The notes beneath the pieces were generated by a model. It saw only the letters and a program-made list of their open reading frames with translations. It made no database searches and was not told where the DNA came from. This document shows, in pieces, positions 29,766 through 39,443 of a DNA stretch of 64,000 nucleotides. Numbering within the stretch: the first letter of the stretch is position 1; each line of letters begins with the position of its first letter. The stretch comes from an uncultured virus (IMG/VR IMGVR_UViG_3300038345_000393) (Duplodnaviria > Heunggongvirae > Uroviricota > Caudoviricetes), in the IMG/VR virus record IMGVR_UViG_3300038345_000393; one strand, written 5' to 3'. Both the position numbers and the translations under genes were made by a program.

Positions 29766-30791
29766 TTAACAAATTGTATTTTCATAATTGTCATGGTATT
29801 TGTAACTGTCTGGGTTATTTTCAATACCCTCCCAGTCGATGTCATCAGGGTATTTGTTTTTAAGTTCGTGGTAGGTTTCCACATCGTAGCTATTACCGTT
29901 ATACTTGTCGTCTTGAAATGCGACTATAGCTTCAATAGCTTTGTCAATGTCAACACGGTTATTAGGGTTATCACCACTTAAGCTCATTTCCGCAATTGCA
30001 AGATCGGCTTTTGGGCTACCAAGGTGATATGCTTCAAACAACAAGAACAATGAGTAATCATCATTCTTAATTGAGTGAATTGTTCCTTTATAGGAACAGG
30101 TACCCTTATTGTATAATGCCGCTAATTGGTAGTATGAATCTGGGTAATTTTTGTTCGCAGATTCGTACAATAATTCCATTCCTTTTTTGGTATTTACTCT
30201 AGTACCTGTACCAAATATGTAGCATTGGGCCAAGTTATAAAGGTTTATACCACTTCGTGTTTGCTTAACTGCTTTAACATTTGCCTTAAATGTTTTTTTG
30301 TCACTTTGTTTGCAGCCTACTCCGTATTCATAGTAATTCGCTAAGCAAGTTATTGAAGGCGAGTGGGTATGATTTTTTCTATCAAGCCTTACACCTTTTT
30401 TCAAAATTTCAAGAGCCTTGCGTTCATCCTTTTGAACGCCCAAACCGTCCTTATAGAACTTTGCCACTTTCACCGCCGCTTCAGAGTAACCAAGTTTTAA
30501 TGCTTTTGAATATAGTTCAAACGCTTTTTCGTAATCAACTGGTGTCTTAATCCCATATTCGTACACTCTTCCTAGGTTATAGCTAGCGACCGAAACGCCT
30601 GCAGCTATACCTAAAGAGTAGTACTCCTTAGCTTTTTCAATATCACCCATAAGCTCATAGGTATATCCAATGTCATTAAAAGCATTGTTATCCCCACTAT
30701 CTAGGGCAAGGTTGAATACCATAATTGCTTCATGATATCTTCCTTGCCTAGAAAGCTTAATGGCAAAGTCGTTTAAGTTTTCAATTTTCAT
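29766..30791 (-). CDS. Sel1-like repeat protein
   Basis: Repeated YNLGRVYEYG / LANYYEYGVG / YNLAQCYIFGTG units. Confidence 0.88.
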   Translation of the reverse strand: MKIENLNDFAIKLSRQGRYHEAIMVFNLALDSGDNNAFNDIGYTYELMGDIEKAKEYYSLGIAAGVSVASYNLGRVYEYGIKTPVDYEKAFELYSKALKLGYSEAAVKVAKFYKDGLGVQKDERKALEILKKGVRLDRKNHTHSPSITCLANYYEYGVGCKQSDKKTFKANVKAVKQTRSGINLYNLAQCYIFGTGTRVNTKKGMELLYESANKNYPDSYYQLAALYNKGTCSYKGTIHSIKNDDYSLFLLFEAYHLGSPKADLAIAEMSLSGDNPNNRVDIDKAIEAIVAFQDDKYNGNSYDVETYHELKNKYPDDIDWEGIENNPDSYKYHDNYENTIC

Positions 30792-30804
30792 TTTTGTTCC
30801 TCCT

Positions 30805-31050
30805 TTACATACTCATTTCCGCTAGCCATTTAGGTTTTTCCTGGTTAAGGAGATCTAAGTCGCATTCATAACCAAGTTCGTTAAGAATGTAAACTATTTC
30901 GTCCTCATCAATTTCACCAATAAAGTATTGGCAAATAAAACTAATCATTGCTTGTTCAATCACTTCCTCAAGTGAGAGACCGCTTTCATCCATTTGGGCA
31001 TCTAGCATGTCCTTAATTTTTTTGTTTGTTTTGGTAATTTCCATTTTCAT
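30805..31050 (-). CDS. small acidic hypothetical protein
   Basis: 81-aa ORF with AAGGAG RBS. Confidence 0.55.
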   Translation of the reverse strand: MKMEITKTNKKIKDMLDAQMDESGLSLEEVIEQAMISFICQYFIGEIDEDEIVYILNELGYECDLDLLNQEKPKWLAEMSM

Positions 31051-31163
31051 TTGCTCCTTTCTGGAATCTAACCATTCGTATCAGTAGCTGAATTTTTTGC
31101 GAGTTTTTCACTTGCTCGGCTTCAGCTCGCAACAACATTAAAAACTTTTTGCTTCCAAACATT

Positions 31164-31195
31164 AAAAAAAGTCCCATCGCGTGGGACTAGTTTTT
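31164..31195. terminator. bidirectional intrinsic terminator
   Basis: A-run, AGTCCCA-TCGCG-TGGGACT stem, T-run. Confidence 0.7.
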
Positions 31196-31213
31196 CAAAT
31201 AATATTTACAATA

Positions 31214-32323
31214 TTAAGAAAATAATGAGTCGTTATGGTATACGACATTTATTTGTTTTTCGATTTCTAAAATGTCGTAAATATGTTCTCTCAAACAATG
31301 AACAACAGCATCTTGTAGTGGAGAGACACCATTGCCTTTAAACGAATGTCCATTATAAGTAAAGAACGCAGATGCTTCATCATAGTTCATTCTTAAAGCG
31401 AGCATAACTTTGAAACAATTCTTTTCATCAGGGACAATCCCTTTACCCCAGTTATAGTAAGATTTCTTGCCGCTTAGTTTAGCGGATTTTGCATCCTTTT
31501 TATATTCTCTATAGCCAAGATAATATTTTACTTCGTTGATTTTACTATTTTGAACTTTAACCGCTGAATACCTAGCTTTAATATAGGCATTTATATAATC
31601 TTTGGCGTTTTTAACATCACTCAATGGAACAAAAACATTTTTTCTATTTTCTTCATCTTCAAATAAACCGTATTGTTTTTTGGCACTACTAGAGTCTAAA
31701 AAGAAAGATTTTGGATAAATATACGAATTCCATTTTTTAAAAGTTGTGTGATCTTTAAAATAATTCATTGATTGTGCAAACAAGGCGTAATCGCGGTGAC
31801 GACCACCACCATCCATTTGTTCTACTTTGCGTTTTAACGACTTTAATTTATGGCGTAAATTCTCATCATCAAAGACTAAAATAAAATCAATTCCACCTAT
31901 GTGCTTTTCAAAAGAAGCGCACATGGAGTTAATCATGACATGAACGGCATTTTTATCATATCTATCATGTCCGGTGCCTATCATTGGAATCGCTAAACTT
32001 TTAAAGCCTTTTTCATGTGCGGTCATGAGGATATTACGTAGCGTACATTGAAAACCAGTCATATCTGGATCATCATCAAAATGCGGAGTTACTGCGTGAA
32101 TAATATACTTGGTAAATTGCAAATTATATTTTGGACTAACATACACTTCAGTCACACCAATTTTGCCATTTAATTCTTTAATCTTGTCACGCAAAATATC
32201 ACTATCCGCAGCATCAAGAATGGTTCGGCACAATGCACCTTGATGAGTTGTGACAATTCCTAAGTTATTAACAATAGCATCCGCAGAGACCGTTGTAATA
32301 TCGCCTTCAAAATATCTAGCCAT
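31214..32323 (-). CDS. macro domain protein with C-terminal helical/HTH-like domain
   Basis: GDITTVSADAIVN, YIIHAVTP, SLAIPMIGTG. Confidence 0.85.
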   Translation of the reverse strand: MARYFEGDITTVSADAIVNNLGIVTTHQGALCRTILDAADSDILRDKIKELNGKIGVTEVYVSPKYNLQFTKYIIHAVTPHFDDDPDMTGFQCTLRNILMTAHEKGFKSLAIPMIGTGHDRYDKNAVHVMINSMCASFEKHIGGIDFILVFDDENLRHKLKSLKRKVEQMDGGGRHRDYALFAQSMNYFKDHTTFKKWNSYIYPKSFFLDSSSAKKQYGLFEDEENRKNVFVPLSDVKNAKDYINAYIKARYSAVKVQNSKINEVKYYLGYREYKKDAKSAKLSGKKSYYNWGKGIVPDEKNCFKVMLALRMNYDEASAFFTYNGHSFKGNGVSPLQDAVVHCLREHIYDILEIEKQINVVYHNDSLFS

Positions 32324-32447
32324 TTATAATTCTCTTATTAATTGTAATTATACAACGGTTGTTTGATTATTGCTTGATTTTAAGAATGTGATACTGCTTA
32401 TAATAAAAGTGCAACGGCTACTCCTCAATATGAAAGGAGGGAGTTTT

Positions 32448-32612
32448 ATGGATAAGAATCTATTAAAAACTTTAGCCGTTGAGGCTGTTAAGGTGTTACC
32501 TGAAGTTATTCTTATTGCTATTTTAGCTATTAGAATTAACCCAGTTAGCGCTGAAAAGATGCTCTATTACTTAATAGACTATCGCAGCAAAGACTTAGTC
32601 GCTTCCGAATAG
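32448..32612 (+). CDS. 54-aa hydrophobic peptide, possible type I toxin
   Basis: Strong AGGAGG RBS, hydrophobic VLPEVILIAILAIRI, 3' hairpin; start re-called to ATG 32448. Confidence 0.5.
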   Translation: MDKNLLKTLAVEAVKVLPEVILIAILAIRINPVSAEKMLYYLIDYRSKDLVASE

Positions 32613-32640
32613 GGAGCGGCTAAGCCGTTCTTGTTTCAAT

Positions 32641-34265
32641 ATGAAAACGATTGTTAAAGATATTATTGAGAAAAATATAAATAGATTCGAAGAAGAAATT
32701 AACGGCCGGCAAAATGATCGTGTCGTTGCATCATCGTTTTATTACAATCAACTCGGATTGTTTTTTGATGAAGAATATTCGATTATGCTCACAAAACAAA
32801 GAGATCTATCAAATCAAAGAGATACAAAAATAAGAGATATTCTAATAATTTCAACAATCAGTGATTTGTGTGGCGTTTTTAAAATTTCTATAAAATTCCC
32901 AAAGCCAGACGTCAATACATATATCGGTAGCGAAATCGATTTATATGATCGCTTTTACGGATACACCTTTCAAATTGGTGATGTGCTATATAGATTTGAT
33001 TCAGGTGTCAATAAAGAAGAGTGGTCAAGTTCATTGCTGACAAATAATAATGCGAAGAAAATAATTGGGATATCTTTTGCAAACGAAAAACATGTTCTAT
33101 ATCCAAAAAGACAAATAAGTCTTAGGTCTTTTTTTAATACATATTTTGTAAATGCTTATTTTAAAGAAAACGAAGTATTTGATTTATTTCTAAAAGAAAC
33201 GAAGGAAGCCATTAATAAGGCTATTGAAGAAAGTGCTTTTAAAACTATTTTTAACATGAACTCGCTAGGATCTTTAGAGAGTTTTAAGGAAAAATTATCT
33301 TCTGAGTTGCTCAAGTTCAACGATTTGTGTTGCTATATCTTTGATAGTGAAAAAGATGGTCAAAAATTGAAGCTTTCTGAAAGTGACTTATCAATAATCA
33401 AAAGAAATTTTATCGATAGCAATAGATATAAATATCTTTTAAATGATTCTGATTTTTCAAAATGTTTTNNNNNNNNNNTAAAGAACAAAAAAGCCTAGAT
33501 TACTCTTCTGTTGTTTTTGATTACTTTAAAGCAGTTGAATTGTTAATTGGCTATTATGCCATAGAGGACAAAAAATATCTTACGTTTTGTAGCGCAAAGC
33601 ATTCATGCGATGAATGTTCAAAAAATAATAAATGTTTTCATTATGTTTTGGATGATGGAAGACGTTGCCTCGCTACAAACAATTCATCAATGTTATATAA
33701 AATCAACAACATGTTGCTTAATAAGAAAATGCATATATTATCAGAACAAGGAACATACTCTGTATATCTAGCGCTAAATGATTACAGAGGAAACAGCAGA
33801 AATGGATATATACATACGGATATTCTATATAGTATGGAAGAAGTTGAAGCAATTAGGCGCAATACATGGGCTTGTTTATATTATGTTTTGGGTGGTTTTA
33901 AACTTCCGAAAGAGCTACAGGAGCAAAAAGATTTTTTCAATGATAGTTATTCCACTTTTTACAACATTATCAAGTATCAAATGCCGTATTCTGCTGCCAA
34001 AAAATTGGTGTTTGAAAAAAACGGTAATCTTATTAATGCATATTGGGACTACAATAATTATTTAGAAGAAACAAAATATGATGAGAAAACAACAACAATA
34101 ATTACTCCGCTAGTGTTTTATGCTGTTGAGGACTTTAGTAAAGACCCAAACGAAATGGATGAAAAAGAAAAATCTAAACTTAAACGGATTGTTCTTTCTC
34201 CTGAAAACTTACCAGAAAACATATATCGTGTATTCGATGGTAAAAAAATCAAAATAGAGTTCTAA
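32641..34265 (+). CDS. hypothetical protein with C-terminal HEPN-like motif, interrupted by an assembly gap
   Basis: Two ORFs joined across N-run 33469-33478; YFKAVE...RNGYIH (Rx4H). Confidence 0.55.
33469..33478. other. assembly gap (10 N)
   Basis: Run of n characters. Confidence 1.
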
Positions 34266-34271
34266 ATAATA

Positions 34272-35663
34272 TTAATTTTCATTTCTCATTGCCGCGATTT
34301 CTCTTTGCCATTCGTCTGAAGGTATATCAAATCTACAGAATTGTTTGTAAAAGATTAAATCAGCAATACCTGTATTACCATTTCTTTGTTTAGCTACAAT
34401 TACTTCTATATGTCTAACATCTTCAGGTAAATTGGTCTTTTTCTTGATTTTGTTATTTTCATATAAAGGATCATAAAGGAGAAGAATTACATCAGCGTCT
34501 TGTTCAATCGCACCAGATTCTTTAATATCCACCATCTTAGGTCTTTTCACTTCACCTTTAACGGAATCTCTGTTTAATTGAGCTACCGCTAATATGGCGA
34601 TATCTAAATCCTTGGCAAGTGCATGTAAACCTTGTGATATCTTACGCATTTCATCAACACGCGAATCACTTTTCTTGCCACCTACTACTTTAACAATGCT
34701 CATATGATCCACAACCACTAGACCTAGTTCTGGGTATTTTTCTATTAATTGTCTACATTTAGTCTCTATATCTATAAGACTATTAGCACCATCATCAATG
34801 AAGATTGGTAATGATATTATTTCACTACCAGCATGGTTAACTTTAACTTTATCTATATCACTTAAATTACCAGTCATGATTTTGTTTAAAGAAACATTAC
34901 TAGCCATAGCAATCATACGTTTTGCTAATGATTCCGCAGTCATTTCTAATTCAAATATGGCTACAGTTGTGCCACTTCTCGCAGCTTTATATGCCATATT
35001 AAGTGCTAAAGAGGTTTTACCAACTGACGTTCTAGCACCAACAATTGTGACTTCACCTCTTTGAAAACCATTCGTGAATTTGTTTACATTAGTGAAACCA
35101 CTGGTAATGCCTGTGGTGAAACCATCACCACTGTTCTTTTGATTATAGATTTGTAATACTGCTTCATTTGCTACTGTTTCAATAGATTTAAAAGAAGATA
35201 CTCTATTGTTTTTAGTAGCGTCCTTTATTCTTTGTTCAGAATCTTTAATAAAATCTTCTATAGAATCTATTTGAGTATTTAAATAATCATTATTAATATC
35301 TCTTATAGTTGTTAAGAGATTCCTGAGATTAGAATTATCTTTCACTATATTTATATAGAAATCTATAGAAGAAAGAGCAACGACTTTGTCTGAACATTCT
35401 TTTAGATAATCTACTCCTCCTATATCATCTAATACATTCATTAGCAAAAGTTCTTCAGTAACTGTATAGATTTCAACATCTATTTTTTTGGTATTTAAAG
35501 ATAATATGGCTCTATAAATTAATTGATGTTTCCCTTCATAAAAATCAGTTTCCTCTAATGCTGACATGATTTTATAAAGGGCATCATTTGATATCATTGC
35601 ACTTCCTAATACCACAGTTTCAGCATCGTGATTAAAAGGAAGATCATTAGTCCTTTTCCTCAT
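34272..35663 (-). CDS. dnaB: replicative DNA helicase DnaB
   Basis: LPFNHDAETVVLG, GARTSVGKT, VVDHM, AQLNR, ESGAIEQDAD, AKQRNG. Confidence 0.95.
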   Translation of the reverse strand: MRKRTNDLPFNHDAETVVLGSAMISNDALYKIMSALEETDFYEGKHQLIYRAILSLNTKKIDVEIYTVTEELLLMNVLDDIGGVDYLKECSDKVVALSSIDFYINIVKDNSNLRNLLTTIRDINNDYLNTQIDSIEDFIKDSEQRIKDATKNNRVSSFKSIETVANEAVLQIYNQKNSGDGFTTGITSGFTNVNKFTNGFQRGEVTIVGARTSVGKTSLALNMAYKAARSGTTVAIFELEMTAESLAKRMIAMASNVSLNKIMTGNLSDIDKVKVNHAGSEIISLPIFIDDGANSLIDIETKCRQLIEKYPELGLVVVDHMSIVKVVGGKKSDSRVDEMRKISQGLHALAKDLDIAILAVAQLNRDSVKGEVKRPKMVDIKESGAIEQDADVILLLYDPLYENNKIKKKTNLPEDVRHIEVIVAKQRNGNTGIADLIFYKQFCRFDIPSDEWQREIAAMRNEN

Positions 35664-35777
35664 AATTAGTTTCCCCTTTATGTGCGGAAATTATATATAA
35701 AGAGAGGCAACCAGAATTTAGAAAAAGAAAAAATGCGTCAATGTTTGAACATAACGCATCTTCGTAACTCTTTTTGC

Positions 35778-36629
35778 TTATTCTTTGAATTTCTTACTAC
35801 CTATTGTTTCATGGAATCCTTTAATCTGTCTTTCAACTTCAGGATCAATCATGAAGTATAAGTATTTCTCTTCAAAATCTGAAACTTTATCTCTTTGATA
35901 AAAAGCCTCTGCGATTGCTCCCGCCATCGCGCCAGTGGTATCGCAATCCCCACCAATAGCAACACAGTTTCTGATTGTGTCTTCTAATGAGTCAGATATT
36001 AAGAAACAATAGATGGCTTGAGGGACACTCTTTTGACATATTTCAGAGAATTCATAGTTTTCCACTAAATCAGCGTAATCTAAAGAAGCAATTTCTGGAT
36101 AATAATCATTTACCATTCTTTCTTTAATTTGCTCTTTAGAAGCGCCGTTACGCGCTAAATAGATAGCCATGGCTACTGCTTCAGCGCCTTTAATACCTTC
36201 TGGATGGTTATGGGTTATTTCAGTTACCGTTTTAGAGAGAATCTTTACTTCTTCTTCGTTTTTTGCCATCCATCCTACTGGAGATATACGCATAGCACTA
36301 CCATTACCATATGAGTTATATGGTTCTGGGTAATAGTTATGTTCATAAGCATACTTACACCAATGGAAGAACATTCCACCAAAACCAGCACCTCTATCTT
36401 TTTTCCAGGTAAGAACAAATTCTTTAACTAAATCTTTTTTAATTGCTTCTAATGATTCGTTATCAAAACTAAACGGATAATGATCCACTAAAACTTTGGC
36501 GACCGCTAAAGTTAAAAGAGAATCATCAGTCATTCTCATTCGATTGTCAAAAATATTAAATTCTTTTCTTTTGATTGGATGAAATTCATAAAGTGAACCC
36601 ACCATATCTCCTATAATTGCACCTAACAT
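35778..36629 (-). CDS. ADP-ribosylglycohydrolase
   Basis: MLGAIIGDMVGS, TDDS, GNGSAMR, GGDCDT. Confidence 0.93.
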   Translation of the reverse strand: MLGAIIGDMVGSLYEFHPIKRKEFNIFDNRMRMTDDSLLTLAVAKVLVDHYPFSFDNESLEAIKKDLVKEFVLTWKKDRGAGFGGMFFHWCKYAYEHNYYPEPYNSYGNGSAMRISPVGWMAKNEEEVKILSKTVTEITHNHPEGIKGAEAVAMAIYLARNGASKEQIKERMVNDYYPEIASLDYADLVENYEFSEICQKSVPQAIYCFLISDSLEDTIRNCVAIGGDCDTTGAMAGAIAEAFYQRDKVSDFEEKYLYFMIDPEVERQIKGFHETIGSKKFKE

Positions 36630-36642
36630 TATTTTTCTCCTT

Positions 36643-37110
36643 TTATTTTGCGAGTTCTTTAATTAACCATTCGTGGCATTTAATATATTCATTTACTAAT
36701 TCCTGAAGATTTAATTCTTCATCAACTTTTTGATTTGTGAAGAATTCACCAAATACTTGGTTAGCGATATCTTCTACTGAAATATGACTACCACCTTCAC
36801 CAGCAATCTTATATGTGAGAGCGCATAACTCTTCATCGTTAAGTTTGATTTGTTTATCTAACAATCTGCTAGCGATATATAGAGCAATTACGCCAACACG
36901 CTTATTGCCATTCATAAAGCCGTGGTTGATAACTAATGATTTATATAGACTAGCGAAAGCTTGTTCCATATTTGGATATGGTTGATATTGATTGCCTAAA
37001 GCAGATTGGATTCTATTTTCATCCATGACACCAAATGGTTCATCTTCTAATAAACATAGTCTGTTAATTAATAAAATGTCTTGGTAAGTTAGTTCTACTT
37101 TATTCATCAT
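36643..37110 (-). CDS. Doc/Fic family protein
   Basis: NHGFMNGNKRVG Doc-type motif. Confidence 0.8.
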   Translation of the reverse strand: MMNKVELTYQDILLINRLCLLEDEPFGVMDENRIQSALGNQYQPYPNMEQAFASLYKSLVINHGFMNGNKRVGVIALYIASRLLDKQIKLNDEELCALTYKIAGEGGSHISVEDIANQVFGEFFTNQKVDEELNLQELVNEYIKCHEWLIKELAK

Positions 37111-37120
37111 TTCACCGCCT

Positions 37121-37501
37121 TTATTTTTGTTCTAATAGCGCACATGTATCATGTGTCTTACTATATAGTTCATTAAATGTTTTTAGTAAGTTCTCATTAA
37201 TAACAATATCTTTATCATCATTAGGAAATATATCTTGGATACTTTTATAGATATCTTCATTAAAAGGCATTCTTTTTAAGATATATTGCTTCTTTTCTTT
37301 ATTGTATCTAGTAATTGTTATAAATGGGAGATGATACCCGTCTTCATAATTACTACATATTATTTCATCTTTGATATTTGTTTCTTTGACAAACACAAAT
37401 TGATAATAAAGAAGAGTTAAATATGAAATCTTTGGTATGAGTCTATATTTACTTATAAATAGTTGATTACTATCTAAAGCTTTAATAGAGAAGTTATTCA
37501 T
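37121..37501 (-). CDS. hypothetical protein
   Basis: 126-aa ORF filling the gap in the operon; very AT-rich. Confidence 0.45.
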   Translation of the reverse strand: MNNFSIKALDSNQLFISKYRLIPKISYLTLLYYQFVFVKETNIKDEIICSNYEDGYHLPFITITRYNKEKKQYILKRMPFNEDIYKSIQDIFPNDDKDIVINENLLKTFNELYSKTHDTCALLEQK

Positions 37502-37523
37502 ATATCATTCCTAACAAGAAACC

Positions 37524-38975
37524 CTACCCAAGAACGGATAGGATTTCGGAGGACTTTAAGTGTTTCTTTTCAAAGAGAAGTTCACCTAACTTTTTAATTT
37601 GATTAGCGTGCTCTTTGATATATTTAGTAGCTTCTTTTTCGCATTTTTTTAGTAAGCGTTCAATTTTGCGCTCCATCTTTCTTCGTTTAGTAGCGGTTTC
37701 GATTCTTGAACCTTGTCTTACAGGAGGTAAAGTTTCCCAAGCGGAAGAATAACCACACATATTTATCATATTGTAGGCATTAATTCTCGCTCTTTGGAGG
37801 TCATCTTCACAACCTCTAGAACCTCTACCAAAGAAAATCTTTTGAGCAAGAAGACCCGCCATTGAGATTTTAATATCAGCGATAACTTTATCATATGGCC
37901 AGAAGCCTCTTTCCACTTCTTTGGCGGTAAAGGCGCCTGAGGCACCACTGATATTGATACGATTGATTAAGAAGTACTGTGGATAAGCGTGAGCCATACA
38001 AGCGTGCGAAGCTTCGTGAATTGCCACTTCGATATTATCTTCTTCTGGAGAATCTTTAACTCTATCAGTAATGTTATAGATGGATTTAAAGAGCATATCA
38101 CTAGTGATATTTTCAAAGCCGTTTCTTAAGACTAAGTCATTAACAACCGCTTTTACACCAGCACAAGAGATACCGTTTAGAGATAACGCCACTTCTTCTT
38201 CATCAAAGTCTTCTGGAATATTAACGCCAAATTCTTTTAAATGAATTTTTAATAGTTCTAAAGCTTCTTCTCCTGATGGATATGGAATCTTAATGAGTTT
38301 TTCTAATCGACCATTACGTAATAATGGATCTGGTATTTCTCTAATATAGTTAGTCGCCGCAAGCACTAAAATGTCATCAGAAGATTCAACACCATCAAGA
38401 TTTTCTTGAAGAGCTCTAATCACTCTTCTTTCTCTATTGATTAATAAATCTAATTCATCAATAACGACTACTGCGTGACCTGTTTCTCTCGCTTTAGCGA
38501 ATGTTTGAGTAATACCAGCAACGATATTAGTTTCATCACCTTTAAGAATAAAGACAGGTGCATCAACGCATCTAATGATTTCTTTAATTAGTAAGGATTT
38601 ACCATTACCTGGTTCACCAAAAAGAATGACGCCTTTAGGAATGGATACACCTTTGGCTTTAAGTTCTTTAGAACGTTTAAACCAATCAATAACGTCTAAT
38701 AGTTCTTTCTTTTGATTAACGTGACCAATAACTCTTTCTAAAGGTTTTTCACCTTCATTTAAGCCGTGGTTATATATGAGTTCATAACATTGTTTGTTAT
38801 TATTACTATTTTCTTCTTTTTTATCTTCAGAGTCTTTTTTATTTTCTTCTTGTTCATAAGCACGATGCATTTCTCTAATTTGTGCTTCGATTTCTTCAAT
38901 ATCAAGTGGTTCGATATCTTCGAAATCATCATCGTCTTCAATAATGTCATCGTTTAATGTGTTTTTATCTGCCAT
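37524..38975 (-). CDS. FtsH-like AAA+/M41 metalloprotease without TM anchor
   Basis: GEPGNGKS, IDELD, AATN, RNGRLE, HEASH, GCEDDLQRA; acidic soluble N-terminus. Confidence 0.85.
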   Translation of the reverse strand: MADKNTLNDDIIEDDDDFEDIEPLDIEEIEAQIREMHRAYEQEENKKDSEDKKEENSNNNKQCYELIYNHGLNEGEKPLERVIGHVNQKKELLDVIDWFKRSKELKAKGVSIPKGVILFGEPGNGKSLLIKEIIRCVDAPVFILKGDETNIVAGITQTFAKARETGHAVVVIDELDLLINRERRVIRALQENLDGVESSDDILVLAATNYIREIPDPLLRNGRLEKLIKIPYPSGEEALELLKIHLKEFGVNIPEDFDEEEVALSLNGISCAGVKAVVNDLVLRNGFENITSDMLFKSIYNITDRVKDSPEEDNIEVAIHEASHACMAHAYPQYFLINRINISGASGAFTAKEVERGFWPYDKVIADIKISMAGLLAQKIFFGRGSRGCEDDLQRARINAYNMINMCGYSSAWETLPPVRQGSRIETATKRRKMERKIERLLKKCEKEATKYIKEHANQIKKLGELLFEKKHLKSSEILSVLG

Positions 38976-39031
38976 ATATACTCCTTTATTTATAAATATC
39001 TATTAATGATTAATTGTTATTAATTTAAGGA

Positions 39032-39184
39032 TTACTCCTTAGGGGAGGATTTAGTGATTTTACCTAAATCAGCGTAATCCTCCGCTAAGAGTAGGAGGTC
39101 ATCGTCACTAATGGATAAACTCTCATCATCCATTAATGCTAATGTGAGGTAATATTCCTCAATGTGGTTCATCAAATTGTTCAT
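39032..39184 (-). CDS. 50-aa acidic protein (not in ORF track)
   Basis: MNNLMNHIEEYYLTLALMDDESLSISDDDLLLLAEDYADLGKITKSSPKE, upstream AAGGAG. Confidence 0.5.
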   Translation of the reverse strand: MNNLMNHIEEYYLTLALMDDESLSISDDDLLLLAEDYADLGKITKSSPKE

Positions 39185-39443
39185 TTGCTTTTTCTTTCTC
39201 CTTGTTTAATAAAGTTCCTCAGTGTTTGCACGTTCGTGCGGATGTGTGTAAGAAAAAGGTTTTCGTTTAATGATGTAACTTGGGTTAATTTAATTAGGTT
39301 TGATACGAACGAGTTTTTGATTGACCGCGATCATTATATTTTTTTATTTATTTTTTGTCATAAAAGCGAAAGAAATGTCGTAAGTGTTGCACAAAAAAGG
39401 CAGCCAAGACTGACTGCCTATAGAAAGGAGAGACAAATACCCT

